From positions 39,845-103,844 of the forward strand of contig NMRA01000451.1 of NCBI GenBank assembly GCA_002633005.1: DNA of 64,000 bases. Reading direction: 5' to 3'. How positions within the stretch are numbered: the stretch's first letter is position 1; each line of letters opens with the position of its first letter. Below the pieces are notes generated by a model. That model saw nothing but the letters and a program-made list of their open reading frames with translations. It did no database searches and had not been told where the DNA came from. Shown one piece after another: positions 24,079-38,087 of the stretch. The translations under genes and the position numbers were made by a program. The stretch comes from Phoronis australis. Its lineage: Eukaryota > Animalia > Phoronida.

Positions 24079-25582
24079 CAGCCGATTTCATCAAGGTGGT
24101 TTAAAGTTAAATCTGGCTTAAATTGGACTTAGACCAGGTTTAAAGATAATCTGCATTTCATAAAGATGGTTTAATTTTAACGAGTGGTATAGTAAAACCC
24201 GGTTTATCTCCAGTTTGGACCTGCTAAGTCAGTTTTCATTTCACCTACGAGGTCTATATTCTTTAGACCTGTATTAAAATCTTAAACCATGTTTAACTTT
24301 AGACTTGGTCAGACCCAGGTTTAATTGTTAAATATGTCAGACTTGTATGATATAGGTACAACTGAATGATGCCGCGGAGTGCATTTGCGACGCAGTTTTA
24401 GAGCGAAAATGGACTATTTTCAATATTCAGTTTTACTATGACACAAGATTAAACGTAGCAGGGGCGGATCCAGGATTTTTTAAAGGGGGGACGGTCAAGG
24501 ACTTTTTAAAATGGGGGCCAAGTCAATAACTTGAAAATTATAGATTTGATATCTCTACAATCAAGGGGAAAGGAGAGCCCGGACCCCTTGAACCCCGTGG
24601 ATCCGCCTATGCGTAGACCAGTACTTGCTGTAGTGTGTCCTGCGGATTTCTCAGAATACGACTGGTCGAGCAGGGCGTCATCGTCGTAAGCGCTACGGAT
24701 TTGACTAAAGACAGCATCTTCTGATTCTTCTGACCCGAGTTCCACCTCCACTGCTCTCCAAAATAATGTTGTCACGAAGGGGTCTTGTCCCCCCCCTTTG
24801 GCCGCGGAAAATAAACACTAAAATGACAAAGAAATAAATTTGGGCATTTATCATGTAACATCTAATCATGAGCATGTTCTTTAGTGTGTGTGTGTAGGAC
24901 ACAGAAATTACAGAAAAGCTGTTAGATGTTTTTCGTCATTGTCTCCAATGATTCTACTAGTGTATGCCATTGTATACCCACGTGATCAAGGTTTCATTGA
25001 AGCACTTCAATAGTTTCTTTGTTGGGTTTACCCACCTCGACACAGTGGGGTGCCTTTGATACTTTAAGCCACAGGTGCTCAGATTGCCAGATCACTCATA
25101 ACCATATATAAGAAACATAAACGTTGGACACTTAAACTTTGCCAAGCCGAGGCTTCCAACTTCAACCGTCCAAAATCCAAATAAAATATGCGTGCACCTC
25201 CCTCAGTCTGGTGTTGCATAAACGTTCGAAGCCTTATCTTTCCTAGATCCCATTAACTGTCTCCGTGAGTGGTGAATTGGCGATGCAATTTCCAAAACAA
25301 TCTCAAAACTCTGAATTCAAGGACCTGAAATATTAAACATGGCGGATTTCAGTTGTGCTTCAACTTGTACGCCTGTCGTAGGTGAAACTTCGAGTTTGAG
25401 CAAGTAACCTATATTTCAAATTCAATAACTCTAATCCAAAACTCAACTAATTGAGAATGTTAAAACCAGGCTTTCAGACTCTTAAACCATGTTGGTGAAA
25501 TACTAAAATTAGACCAGGTTTAGGAAGACCGGGTTTAAGTCTTAAACCTGGTTTTGTTAAACCACCTTTATGAAATCGGCTG
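24079..25582. mobile_element. PIF/Harbinger-like element copy C
   Basis: Same TIRs, TSD AAG. Internal minus-strand AVFSQIRSAYDDDALL resembles a Harbinger nuclease N-terminus. Part of the right arm is replaced by 25070-25460. Confidence 0.85.
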
Positions 25583-26100
25583 AAGGGTTGGACACTAAAA
25601 CTTTGCAGAGCCTAGTGTCCAAAATTCAGCTGTACAAAATCTAAATAAAATCTGCGTGCATCTATCTCAGGCTCGTCTCGCGTAAGCCTCTAAAGCTTTG
25701 TCTTCCTCTAATCCCATTCAATTGTCCTTGTGAGTGATGAATTACCGAATGAAATTCCAAAGCAATCATAACACTTGGAATTTAAAGAGGCTGCATCGTT
25801 AACATGGTGGTTTGAGTTGTAGTAAACTTGTACGCCTGTTGAAGAGTTTGAGCAAGCAGCCCCTACGTGCAAGTAAGGAAAATTTGTCCACAATTTAAAT
25901 GATTGAGACTACTGAAATTAGCGTTCCCCTTATGCGTACTTTGCTTCTTCTTATAGTTCCTTTTTGCACTTAACCTAGAATTTAAGTGTAATACCGACGT
26001 ATCTTGTGCTTGATCTTGACATTATGTGTTACTTTTGGTTAAAGTACAACGAACACTCGGCTTTTGGAGCAGATTTTCGATATCTGGCAACAGCCGGATT
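25070..26100. repeat. Unclassified interspersed repeat beginning CACAGG (copies about 25070-25460, 25583-26100 and 49007-49550)
   Basis: Shared blocks GTGAGTG(G/A)TGAATT, AACATGG(C/T)GG and AACTTGTACGCCTGT occur in all three places. Confidence 0.7.
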
Positions 26101-28010
26101 TCGTAGTAGTCAAAAGTTAATAGCCAGAAACATGTAGTTATTTGGTTATGTACCACGTTGTTTTACACTTAACCATAGTGTCACTGCATGAGAAGTCTGG
26201 CAGATGCGGGAACATGACAGGTCACGTATTTTTTGACATATAGCTTCATTGTACTCGTTAGTGGTATGATCAACACCTAAAACAGTTCCATTTGAAACTT
26301 TAAACTGATTTGCACAAAAATAACCTTTAGGAATTTTGCCTCTTTTTTGCCTGAGCAAACAATCGAATTATAGCATTTTTGTTGTGTCACTGCGCAACAC
26401 ACAGGAAATAACAGAAACTAAGAACAACGTACTGCATCGATACAACTTATATCTACATGTAACATAAAAAACACATAGGAGAATTTTGGGCTGCAAGAAA
26501 AATCAATAGCAATAACGTGAGGAAACATGTCACTAACCAGGAAGGGCAGCAGACGAGGAGGGGGGCTCAGGAGGCCCCGGAACGCGGCGGAATCAGTTTT
26601 TTTAGTCCTCCAATAGATTTTGAGAGCAGCAGCTCACATTTCGTCGCCCCNCTTATACTTTTGGTAAGTTTTTCAAACCACCTCAGTCAAGCTTTGTAGC
26701 GGGTGGAAATACTCTCCATTCGATTGTTATTCCTTTCATGAAACAGAAAGACTTAAATGACATACAACATGTGAAAATAAAATATTTGTAGAGCATAAAA
26801 ATACTAAAATACCGTGAACAACAACATGTGGGTCCTGCATGCCTCCAATGATTCCACATGCACACTTTGTTAATATCGGCAGACCTTTTCACATGACTCG
26901 TACGCTCATTTACAAACCACCAACGCACTTTCGATTTATTTGCGACACAAACTATGTCAACAAAATTATCAAGTTTTATTAGAGCTCTAAATCTTAAGTA
27001 AACCAAAATTTGTGTGGCTGGTGCACAGAACTATACGGGTTGCAAGCTCAAAGCACAGCATCAACACGGTTACAATTGTCGTTCCCCGCGGAATTTCAGC
27101 TTGACGTCTAATTAAGAAACACTTCCGGTAAAAAGTAAAAGATTAACTTTAAAAATCAAAAATATATATGATTGACTGGCAGTTATGAACTATACCATAT
27201 AAGTATCGAAGACCCACTGGGAGCACTGCGTTGTGTACCAAAGACCTACGGCAAAGAAAGTATCTTTGCCTTCGGAAAGCACTAAATCTGCCTTGCGTTA
27301 AAGGCCTACGGTCCGAGTTACAGGAGAAAAAACTCTTAACGTCGTTTAAGCCGGTTTTTTAATGTGACATGGAGTTCCAAATGTTATTAACTTTCAACGC
27401 GTGTAAAATTTTTTTAAAAAATCGTCGTGAATACTACAAACGAATGAAATGTTTACAAAGAATATAATATCCGAGATGTTCTAATGGATGTAAACATTAC
27501 AACAACGCATGCGCAGCCATAGAGGTCAACAGAATTTAGGTCGAACCCGTGGTTAAACCTATGAATAAATTGGCAAAGTAAATGAAACTGAAAGAGAAAG
27601 GTGCCAAAGAAATGAGTAATATAAGCTTGTATCAATTGATCTGTCAGAACGCATTAAACGGGAACAATTAATAAAATCAAAGGGAATTGTAAACTGAAGT
27701 AAACACCCAAGGTGTTACCAGATAGACTGGTCCGAATGGCCGGACGAAGCCGTATGAAGAATAAACTAACGTAGGCACCCAAGAAGCTATCAGATAAAGA
27801 AGTCCGTGTAGGGGACCTCTACAGTCACGTGGGAAACTGAAGGAAACACCCAGTGGGTTACCTGACAGAGTCGTACCTGAAAGTAATAATGCATAATATG
27901 ATTAATGGAATACGAAGATGCGAAAGGGGACCGAGGAATGGGGCAGTAATATAATTACGTGCATACTGAAAATATACAAGGAATTAAATGAGGTATGAGA
28001 TAAGGGACAA

Positions 28011-30282
28011 TTATGAGAGGAGACCCAGGTGGCGGAGGTGATGTCCCAAAGCGAAGAAAACGCTGAGAGCTTGCTTGCGGATGCCTGAAAGGTTAAAGTA
28101 AATGAGGGCGGGGCGGTAAAGGTGTAAAGGGTCTTTCCAGAACCCGCCTCTTTGGGTCCAAAGGGAGACTGTGGGATGGTCGGCGAGGAGGCGTTTGAGA
28201 AAGAAGTTAAGAGATTGGCAACGAGTATATAAAGTGTCGTCATCGTTGAAACAGAGGAATACCATGCCAATTATGACCGACTGAACAGAATGGTAAGACG
28301 GGAGGATAGACTAGGAAAACCAAATTAAGTCGTGGGCCAGAGACAAAGGGTGAGATTCGGGATGAGACAGATCGCCAAAAGCGATCTGTAGGAACACTAG
28401 AAAGGCCGAGAATTCGGCAATGGCTGGGGTTAAATGGCGAACAGAACGAGGGCCAGGGGCGAGTGTGGCCCCGAACAACCTGAAGGAGTTGATGGATACT
28501 GAGGACTCGTGGAAGCCTAGATTGGTAAGACCCTGATTGGTCGCTGCAGACGAATTAAAGTCCTTGTTGCAAACTTCCCATGTGTTTCTAGTATCCGAAA
28601 ATACTTACTACATAAAATCTTATTTTCGACACCCTTTCTTTATATTCTTTTCGCCTTTCTTGCCAAAAGCGATTTTTTAACAGTACTTGACCCTTCTCTC
28701 TGAGCGTATGATTACCGGTTGTCATCGGTTATTTCCGGCTCATCAGTTCAGGAACTTGTCCTGAACGACGCCATTTTTTCCTTGTAACTGAATGTGCTAT
28801 GGCTTGCTCAAAAAGTCTTCATTATTTTGTTTTATTAGTAATATATCGTGATTCGTTTGCATATGTAGTGTATTTATAATTTGTAGTTAGTGGTCGTTGA
28901 TTTTTTGGAATGTTACGCGTACTTAGTATGTTAAAATAGCATTGGTGTTTAGTTCCTTACGTAGGCGGGTCGAACCTAGGAACCAATATGGGTCGAACCA
29001 ATTTTTTTTCGGTTTTATTTTTTTCCTCGTTTTGAAAAAGTACTTTGCTATCATCGGAAAGGTAGTACATTCTACTCAGTAAAAATCGGAAAAGTATCAA
29101 AATCGGGGCAAGCACTGTAAAGTTATTGCAAGTTTTGTGGCGAAATTTGGGTCACTTTGTTTGGATCGCGTCGGCCATATTGGAGGACAGCGGGATGAGT
29201 TACGAGTTTAAAACTTTGTGTAAATTGTTTTCGCCAACAAATTACGGTGAAATTTAGTTAGACATATCTTTACTTACTATTCTGCACGATTTAGCAGTGT
29301 TCACCAAATTTCAGCCTCGCAGTTGTTACTCATTAAGTGATAAATGTGCTCACAATTCCCGTTGGACTTCGTCTCATTTCTGGCGGCACCTACAATGTCG
29401 ACTTTTGCTGAACTGAAAGGCATGTTCAATCGGCTACTTTGTAATTTGTGAAGATTTAACGTTGATACATTTTGACAAACGTTGCTACAAAAAAGAAACT
29501 TTGTTCAATTTTCGTGTTTTTTGTGTTTGTGGCCAGCGACCAGTTAGGCCTAAGGGTAGTCTTGGCGCAAGGCTGTATAGGCCTACTAACAAGCTGTATT
29601 TTGACTATAGTCTTCACTGGTAGCTGGTGACTGAGACTAACTAAGGTGTGCCGCGGCAGTGTGACACAGGACTAACCAGCCCGTAATTTCATGCAAGTGT
29701 CTGAAACTACCCTTGAATATATGCAGCATTCATCATTTGACCATTTTACTTCGACAAAACAGCTTGCAACCGCATGCATTTACCGTTCGCCAGTGTCTGG
29801 TCTCGATCCGCACCGGGTCTGATAGGCTGCGGTCCCGAGTCTAGCAAAATAATTTCTGTCAAAATTTATTCGCCACATTTATTCAGCAAATTCCATAAAA
29901 TTGTCCGTAGTTTGATTTTATCAAAATTAAGGCGCGCTGTCGATTTTTTTTATCCCCGTTTGCTGGCTGGTAACAGTACAGGCACTGCTCCAGTCGCACT
30001 GACGGCGTTTTCTCGGCCTGGGTTCCTGAATGAATTGTACTTCCGGGTTCGCGGCAAGTTCAAATGGCGGTGTTTCTTCGGGTGCGAATCGTGAGTGGTG
30101 CGTTCATTTAAACTGTTTTCGAGTACGGATCGTGTATTAGTTATGGGGTAGGTACTTCTTGGATCATTATAACATCTTCTAACCATGTAATAAGGGTTAA
30201 CAACGCGTGAGACAAGGACTTTAAGAAAGGCGTCCAGCCAACGCACGTAAGAACTGCCCAAAATCAAACAGCTAGGTGGCAT
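28011..30282 (-). pseudogene. SGNH-hydrolase-like ORF of DIRS/Ngaro-type retroelement origin, split by an insertion
   Basis: MPPSCLILGSSYVRWLDAFL (30282-30221) rejoins in frame with NSSAATNQG..GATL..VFLQIAFGDL..LNFFLK..W..RG..N.SG.RK once 28559-30220 is removed; one internal stop. Confidence 0.75.
28559..30220. mobile_element. Kolobok-like non-autonomous DNA transposon
   Basis: TTAA|AGTCCTTGT ... ACAAGGACT|TTAA; removing it restores the interrupted reading frame. Confidence 0.8.
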
Positions 30283-33200
30283 GTTTAGTCTAGAACAAAT
30301 CAAGAAACAAAGTACGATACCTTACTGAGGTGAAGAGACTTCAAAGAGAAATTCACTGAAAACTGAAATTTGGAGAGAATTATGGGCGATGGCCCAGGAT
30401 TGCGACAAGACAAAGAGATCACATGGTACAATTAAACCAATAATCGTAGAGCAAAGAGGGTCACTGACCCGAGAATCCAAACAATATGATAATGAGGACG
30501 AAGCAGTATAGCTTACATAAAATAATTTAATACTTAAATAATGTTTATACAAATGGTAGAGACTAGTAGGTCTATGTAGTGAACGTCAGAAGGAGAAACG
30601 CAGTCGTACTGCTCTACGACATTGAGAAAAAGACGTGTTAGCCAGAACAAAAGCGGCATTACCAACAAACTGTGTTCCTGTAAGCGACTCGTTCGACAGG
30701 TGAGGGACACAATGAGGACAAGACTGAATGTTTGAACTCATGAAGGTTTTACATTACAACACAAGGCTTTCGATGGACAAGTATAAGTCAGTAAGTGTGC
30801 TGTTTGTGAAATGTTCAGTGACTCGTATGCGCGGTTAGAGCATTCACTGATGGATAACTGATCTCAGTCAGCAAACATCGGACCCGAATCATTTTGAAGA
30901 GCCTCAATTCGACCAACTGTTCAGTTTTTTTCTGACATTTGTTGCGCTTACTAATATTAATACTAGTACTGATTCACGCTGACCCGGATTAGTTACACCA
31001 TGTTAGTGTAAAACATGTAGTTAAAACTGCTAAGGCCCTTTCATTCTAACGTCGACATGTCGATGTTTTGGGGAGTTGCAGTCAGTATGGATGGTTAACT
31101 TCGGTCCTGAATCGAAGTTAACTGTGTCAGTTGATTTCAGCGGAGCGTCGACGTTGCGGTGCAGTATGAATGATCAACTTCAGCTACATCGAAGAAGTTA
31201 TTGTGATGGGCCACTGTTTTCATCAATAATTACAGGGTAGTGTCGTCACTAATAGCTGCTCATATTTTGCTCGAATAGTCACCAATCGAATTAGAAATAG
31301 GTTTTTGTGTCAATTAGCATATGGCCATGTTCCCAAATTATCACATTAAAAAATCCTGGTGTACAAGTGTTGCATCTGCACTACGTTGCGATTACTTCGA
31401 TGACAACTTCGTCAGCTACAGTTAACTTAGACATCCAAAGCCGGTATAAGCGGTCCAGCTAACTTCGCAGTTCATGTCGACACTCTGCTCTGACCGGAAT
31501 TAAATACAAAAGGGCTTTTAGATCGATTTCAACTAGCAAAACAATGTAGCAGTTGGTGTAAAGAATTGTCGCGGGAGACGAGGGGAGACGTTTGCAGGAT
31601 GTGTTAGGATCTCCACGTGGCCATGCCAATAGCTTTGTTGGAAAGCTCATATCCTTGTTGGTCATTCTGAGTACAGTGGGGGCTAGGTCTTGCTCAAGAT
31701 GGCTATACTTGAGAACGTCTTATTAGTTTTGTTTTATTTTTTTCAGTAAGGATAATACTGACCTTCTAGACTTGCACCGAAAGTTGATCTTTCTTATTTC
31801 ATTAAGTTTTAAAAGAAAGAATAGGTGTGCTAAACTTATTCATTTATTGATGGCCACGTTTCTCTGTATTTCCATCTAAGACTGTGCGGGTTAGGAGAAA
31901 ATTGTTACTTGCAGTGTGCATGGTCCAGGCCCATTACTTGAACTCACAACAGTCAAATCACGTGATTGGAGTGCAAATCTTTCTGTTTGCTCATGCCATG
32001 GAATTGCTCAATTTTTTAGTTGTGTATCGAATACAGAGATTAGGCAATATGCTCTAATGTAAGCCTGAATTTTCATCAGTTATAAGTCTCTTAAGTCGCT
32101 GTCAGTTTAGAATGATGCTGTCTCAGCTACAAATTTGACCTTCTGGTAATTAAATCAAAGATGTTTTGAGCATAAAGGTGTGACAATTTGATTAAAAGTA
32201 CGTTTTTAAATCTTATGATTGCTCCTGGTAAAATGAGTCAAATTGTATTTAAACCCTACTTCGTCATCTGTACTTTCAGAATGAGTGGTTTAGACAACCC
32301 CCCTCTACGAACTTCTTTACAAGAGTCCCAGACTGGTCATCACCTGAAGAAACCTTGAGGTATTGTATTATTCATTTCCTTAATATCTCATGGAGTGACA
32401 TTTCGCATTTTATTCAACTCCCAACTCACAATCCTAACCATCACTGTTTTGGTTACAGTATTTAAACATGCCTTGTTTAAACCATGTTCGATTTCTATTC
32501 AGGGATTCACCCAGGATTTCGAAAATGAGGTGTCCAAAATGGGGTTCCCAATATTTCGGATTGTCCGTGATTCCGACGACGCATTGCCCCTAGCACCGTG
32601 CACCAGCAACCCTCCTCCCCACATATTGATTTTTTTACAAAAATACGTAGATCAAAGCGTTCACATCTGCGTTTTCAAAATAACCCCCTGTAGAGAGCTT
32701 TTTTACTAAAAAAAACTGCTTGGACCTAGACTTTCACACCTCACTTACGAATACAGCCAAGCAGCTTACCAGACAATTAACACTTGTTGATACTAGCATT
32801 CAGTTAGTGGCATAGATACAGTTATCATTACTTGTACCCAATGGTCATTTTCTTTGCACTGTATCGTTGGTTTCAGTGCTTCAGTGCTCAATTGTATTGT
32901 AACTTTTAACAATAGTTTACACTTACAGGCTACATAGGTACTACAGTGGGAAATCCAAGAGTAATGCTGTCAAGGATCAAGAAAGGTCTATACTATAGTG
33001 CCTCCGGTGTCCATAATTAGCCGATGCTTGAGAGAAAAACAAGTCATGCGCTAACTTGACACATGACTTCAGGGGCCACCCAGTTCATTGCCTTGACGAT
33101 CAATGGTTTTGCGATGTCAACAAATGTTATTTGATCAATCAAAAGAAACTATCATTGCTTCAGTGAACATCTGACACTAATTTTAAGGTTACATTTGCAC

Positions 33201-33811
33201 AGCTTGAGGTGGATATAGACTGTTGTCAATACAAAAGGACATGGCTATATTTTTTACTTTACTAATTTATCTACAGCTTATAAGTCTGACATTTTACTTT
33301 TTGTATATGTAAACCAACAGTCCTTGATCCCTGTTTGCCTACATGTGACTCGAAAAATGTGATACAATACCTGCTTTGTAATTGAAGTGTTCACGTAACT
33401 TGCACGGTTCGTGTTGAGTCTATCAACCACCGTTATCTCCTTTTACTGATCCACGTGGTTGTGTGAATTGACTATTGAAATGAATGTGTCCATGACTTCA
33501 AACAAACATATTTCGATTAATTACATGTCATGTAGCAACTCTTGATTGAATTTACATTTCTGTTGTGTTGAGAATTACATGTGTACTGCAGTGAAATGCA
33601 TTTGATGTTATACAAGTTAAACTTCGGCAATGAAATTCCATTTTAAATTATTCGTTAATGTGATTGTGTCATTGTTTTTAAAGCTGCTATAAACCTACCT
33701 TGCTTCAATTAAACCAACTCTTGATTTTGACTATTTATTGCCCCGGCCCATTCCTTACTCAAAGTACAAGTTTATTCCTGGAATTAGTGAGAACTGGCAG
33801 TCCGTTATAGG

Positions 33812-36461
33812 CAGTGGCGGATCTACGGGGGGAGTTCAGGGGGTTTAAACACCCCCCTTTGGCCAGGACCCAAAAATAAAAAACGTCTCCAGCAAAACAA
33901 AAACGGCATCGCCAGCGTGTGTAAACCCCAAGTATACCAACTTGGAAAAAATTTAGGAAAAATGTATTTTTTTGCATTGTGAATTGCTGTCATGAAAATA
34001 AACGCATTTCGAGTTTTCGTGGCTCATCGGCAAAACGCGCGGAGATCAATTGTGCGCGCTCTTCCGTCGACACTTCTGAAGTAGCCAAGCATTTTAGATG
34101 GATCCACCGCTGAAAGAGCAGCTCTATAGCTGATTTCTTTACGTAACTAGCTTCTTTGCTCTAAGATATGTTTTGATTTGATTAGGGGACAAGCTGTGGT
34201 GCCGCAACCCTGATATTCAAGCGAATTGACGTGCAACGTTTTTACCTCATCTGTCATCTTAAATTTGACTGGTATATAGTAAAGTCGTCTTGCGCAATAT
34301 CATACAGTGTACATGTACATGTAATATTTTTGAAAAAAAAACGTTTTCCGAAGAATTGCTATTGTGGCGGGCGCCGTGGTCTGGTCGCGAATCCGTTTGA
34401 AGATGCAATCTAACGAGATATGTCTATACAAGGAATGACCAAAAGGGCACTCACATTGACAAAGTGACAGCATTCGCGAACAGTGTACAGTACCAGAAAT
34501 TGCGGGGAGGCTGTACTTTTACAAGAAAGTCTTGCGGGATTCGTGTGATGTTCAATAGGCCTCCTAAGGAGCACTGGTGCCGACCTCGACACCTACCGTC
34601 TCTCTACCTGCAATAAGCATCACTGTCGTTTTCTATACTGGGAATTTTCGCAGAAAGACCCACCCGACAAAACGCCCGTGCCCATATTTGATGTTAGTAC
34701 TAAGGGTTTCAAGTGTTCAGACATTGGGACGTTTATTTCGAAAATTGCAAGAGATGCAAATAGGTCCTGGGATATTACGTCAAGGTTTGAAGTAGTCCAT
34801 GATGAACGGATCAAATTTAGTTGCGCATGCTGTAAGTCTTTTGAATGGACTTAGCAACCTCAAGGGGCTTAGTGCCAACTGAGCTGCGAAACGAGATGCT
34901 GACATGGTAGGGGCTTACAAGCTCATTGACACAGCAGTTGACGAAGTGCAAGCGTTGGGAACAAACGTCAAAGATGTCTGGGTAGAATGGTTCCAAGTGC
35001 AGCAAACCATTGGATCCGATGTATAGATTCCTCGGCAGTCTAGACAGCAGAAAGATAGGACCAACGTTCCTGGAGAAACACCCAGGTAATAAGTTATAAT
35101 TCCACACAGTTTGTATATAATGTCGTTTTTTATGCTTGTGTACAATGAAAACGAAATAGAAATTATTTTTGGACATGCCAAGTTTATCCAGTACAGCAAA
35201 GGGCCTACGAGCGCACAGAAACTAATTCTGGTTTGTATTTCCACTTGGCTCTATCTGCTTCATATCCAAAATCTATTTCACGTAGTGCGTAGTTAAATCT
35301 GTACTCGATGTTTTTTTCTTCCAGTGAGTACTACAGAACGGTGCGAAACCTCTTCCTAGACAACCTCTCGCAACAGTTGAGCACCAGATGTGTAAAATAC
35401 ACGTATGAGCAACCACTGGGGATTAAAAAGTGTCTAGAGAGAAATTTTCAATTCAAAGTTTTTTGCGAAGTACACTTTAGGTCTCGCGACGGACCAGACC
35501 AGCTTGATTTGTGTAGATATTGAGTTTCAGAGTACTTCTGGTCCGTCGGAGAACTAGTCTTGTGATGTTTTTTACCAAAGTGTGCTTTGTAAAACTATTT
35601 ATCTCAGTCAGTACTGTTTGGTCCCGCGACAACTCGACTATTTTAATAGGGATAATAAGCACAGGTGTACTTTTGGTCTCGTGACAGACCAGGCCAGAGT
35701 TTTTGTGTACTCTCAGTGTATATCTGGTCCCTCTGCGAACTGGTCCTTTTATCCTTTCACCACGGTGTACAGAATGTTTTAGTTTCGTGAAACTGTTTTC
35801 AGATGATTTGTTTCCTGATACAGTTGACGTTTTTTCAATTGTTGTCAACGTGATTCAGCTTAATAAAGTGGTAACTAATTGTTTATTGTCGCTTTTAATA
35901 ATAGACTATGAGCTGAGAGCACCATCGTTCGCCATTTTTTCTAGTAACGAGACAGAACACATGATTATTTCCGGACTAAAAGTACAGGTCTTCGATCTTA
36001 AACAGCGTGAGGCTGTTGCGATCATCTGATATTCGTGCTTTTACGCCCCGTCGGTGCTCCTTATGATCTTGAATATTTGGTACTTGTCTAAACCCCTGTA
36101 TACACACCACACCTTTTTGTATGCTAAAAAAGGTGTGTGTAAGCAGATGTTCCAACAAAAATTTTTGCTGGTGGTGTGACTCATACCCAGATGTGCACAA
36201 ATATGGTTTCACGTAACTTATGAGCCAAGTTCATGTAACGAAATCGAGAAGGGTTTTTAATTATCTTAAGAAAAACTCCAGAGACAGATTAAGTGCCAGA
36301 AACTTACCGAGATGCATGGAAAAATCACTGTTTGGCTACAAAAACAAAAAATATCTTACACGGGAGGGAGGTCTCCCCCCGATCGGCACCACGTGCATCG
36401 GATTCGACCTATGCGGGAATCCTACCCCCCTCCCCTTACTGAAAACGTAGATCCGCCACTG
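33812..36461 (+). mobile_element. Internally deleted hAT transposon (PRKRIR/THAP12-like transposase remnant)
   Basis: Perfect 16-bp TIR CAGTGGCGGATCTACG; flanks ATAGG/ATAGC; empty site at 8819-8824. Remnant exons read IPRQSRQQKDRTNVPGETP and EYYRTVRNLFLDNLSQQLSTR. Confidence 0.85.
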
Positions 36462-37665
36462 ATAGCTCAAAGCTCAGTTTATCAAGTTGCCTTGAAACAG
36501 TTTGTCATTTTCTGTAGGTGAATTTGTTTAAGCCAAGAAACCCATCCTCGCCTGGGCCAGTAAAGAAATTTACTGATAGTCAGTCTGATGCGGAAAATGG
36601 TGTAAATTAAAAGTTACTTTATTGTTAATGGAATGTTGGTTTGCAGCAACTTTACCAGTTTTGTTTCACTACATTTAAGTCTTCATCCGATTTTCAGTAT
36701 GAAACTAAGAAATGGTATTCGGCATAAAATTTGGTTATTGGTAACACAAAGAAATTACATTTACCTGAGTAGTAACTAGTAGACAAAACAAATATACGCA
36801 TTAGACACATAAAATACGGTGCTTGAGTAAATTACATAATTTGACTGCAAGCAAAGTAGATAAATCAGTACGATTTGTGACATAACCCTTGCATTGCGAA
36901 AATACGTGTTGGGGTAGGCACCTTTTGTTGTAGTTGGTACCTTTGTCGAAGGCCAGCACATCATTACAGTAGACTCTTGCCAGTTCCTCATTTATGACGA
37001 AGAAACCAAAAGTCCTGAAACAAAAATGAAAATAAAATTTTCTTCATAGCCATGTATAAGAGAAAAAATTCTAGTGTGCTTCAAAAGCTAATTTGCCAAT
37101 TCTGATGCTAGGATTCTGTAACAGCTGACATTCAAGGGTGATAGATGATTTTCGAAGCACTCTTTAGGCCCTTTGCCATGTAAACTGATGGATTGCGTTC
37201 CTGATAAAGTGAGTCTGCAAGGGCCTAGTCACACACTTAAATTCCAAGAAAGGGTACATAAGTTAAAAGCAAGCACTGTCATTAACCTTCCCCTGTCCCT
37301 AGCCCTTCATTTACCCAATCGAGACCATACCATTGATAATACAAGATGTAACCTGCTCGACCTTTATTAATGCTACTACTGATCTGCCTTTGGCTATACC
37401 CTTTTGCCTTTGAGGAGGTCCCATTCATACTATATTGTCCTGTAATGATGTGACCACTCCCAGTGTCCTACAATTTTACAGATATCTCCAATGAATAACA
37501 GGCATCAAATTTGTTGCATCCCATTCCCAACCACGGTTTTGTATGACCTCTTTTCTCGCAACAAGCTTCAGTCTACCAGCACTTCCCAAGTTTGCTTGCA
37601 TTCAATCAGAGGCTTCATCACTGATCCAGTGGTTTGTGTTCAAGTGGACTAGCTTGCTTACTAGT

Positions 37666-38087
37666 CAGTGGTGGATTTAGAGGGGGGCAAGGGGGTCATA
37701 CCCTCCCTAAAATTCTCCTAGCATCCATTTGGCAGTTCGGGGGTGCAAACGTTTGGCGAACTAAATCCAGGCCAATACTCTGCCCTGTTCCCCCAACTCA
37801 AAATCCTGGATCTTCCCCAGGGGCGGATCCAGGATTTTGAGTTAGGGTGGGTCAGGGCACAGGAATAACCATAATTTCGCGACATGCTCGCCCCCAGCGT
37901 GATGTAGGTACTCCGGGGTCTCGAATTTTTGGGTTTGTGCACCTTATAACTAAAAAAAAACGTAAACGGTAAACGGGGTTTGTTCAAGGAGCAGTCGCAC
38001 CCCGAAGTGCCAAATGGTATCTGGGAGAATTTTACGAGGGGCTATGACCCCCTTGGGCCCCCCTCTAAATCCACCGCTGTGCCCCTG
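37666..38087. mobile_element. Composite hAT-like MITE
   Basis: CAGTGGTGGATTTAGAGGGG ... CCCCTCTAAATCCACCGCTG(TGCCCCTG), TSD CTAGT; empty site near 21449. Confidence 0.75.

Noticed and set aside
32180-32300. CTC1-like LILPGAIIRF on the minus strand
   Set aside because: Short chance match surrounded by stops.
32900-33200. Protein-kinase-like string MNWVAPEVM on the minus strand
   Set aside because: Not conserved in the paralogous copy (reads WTG*PLEVM) and there is no HRD/DFG; the + strand carries the ordered L-protein motifs.
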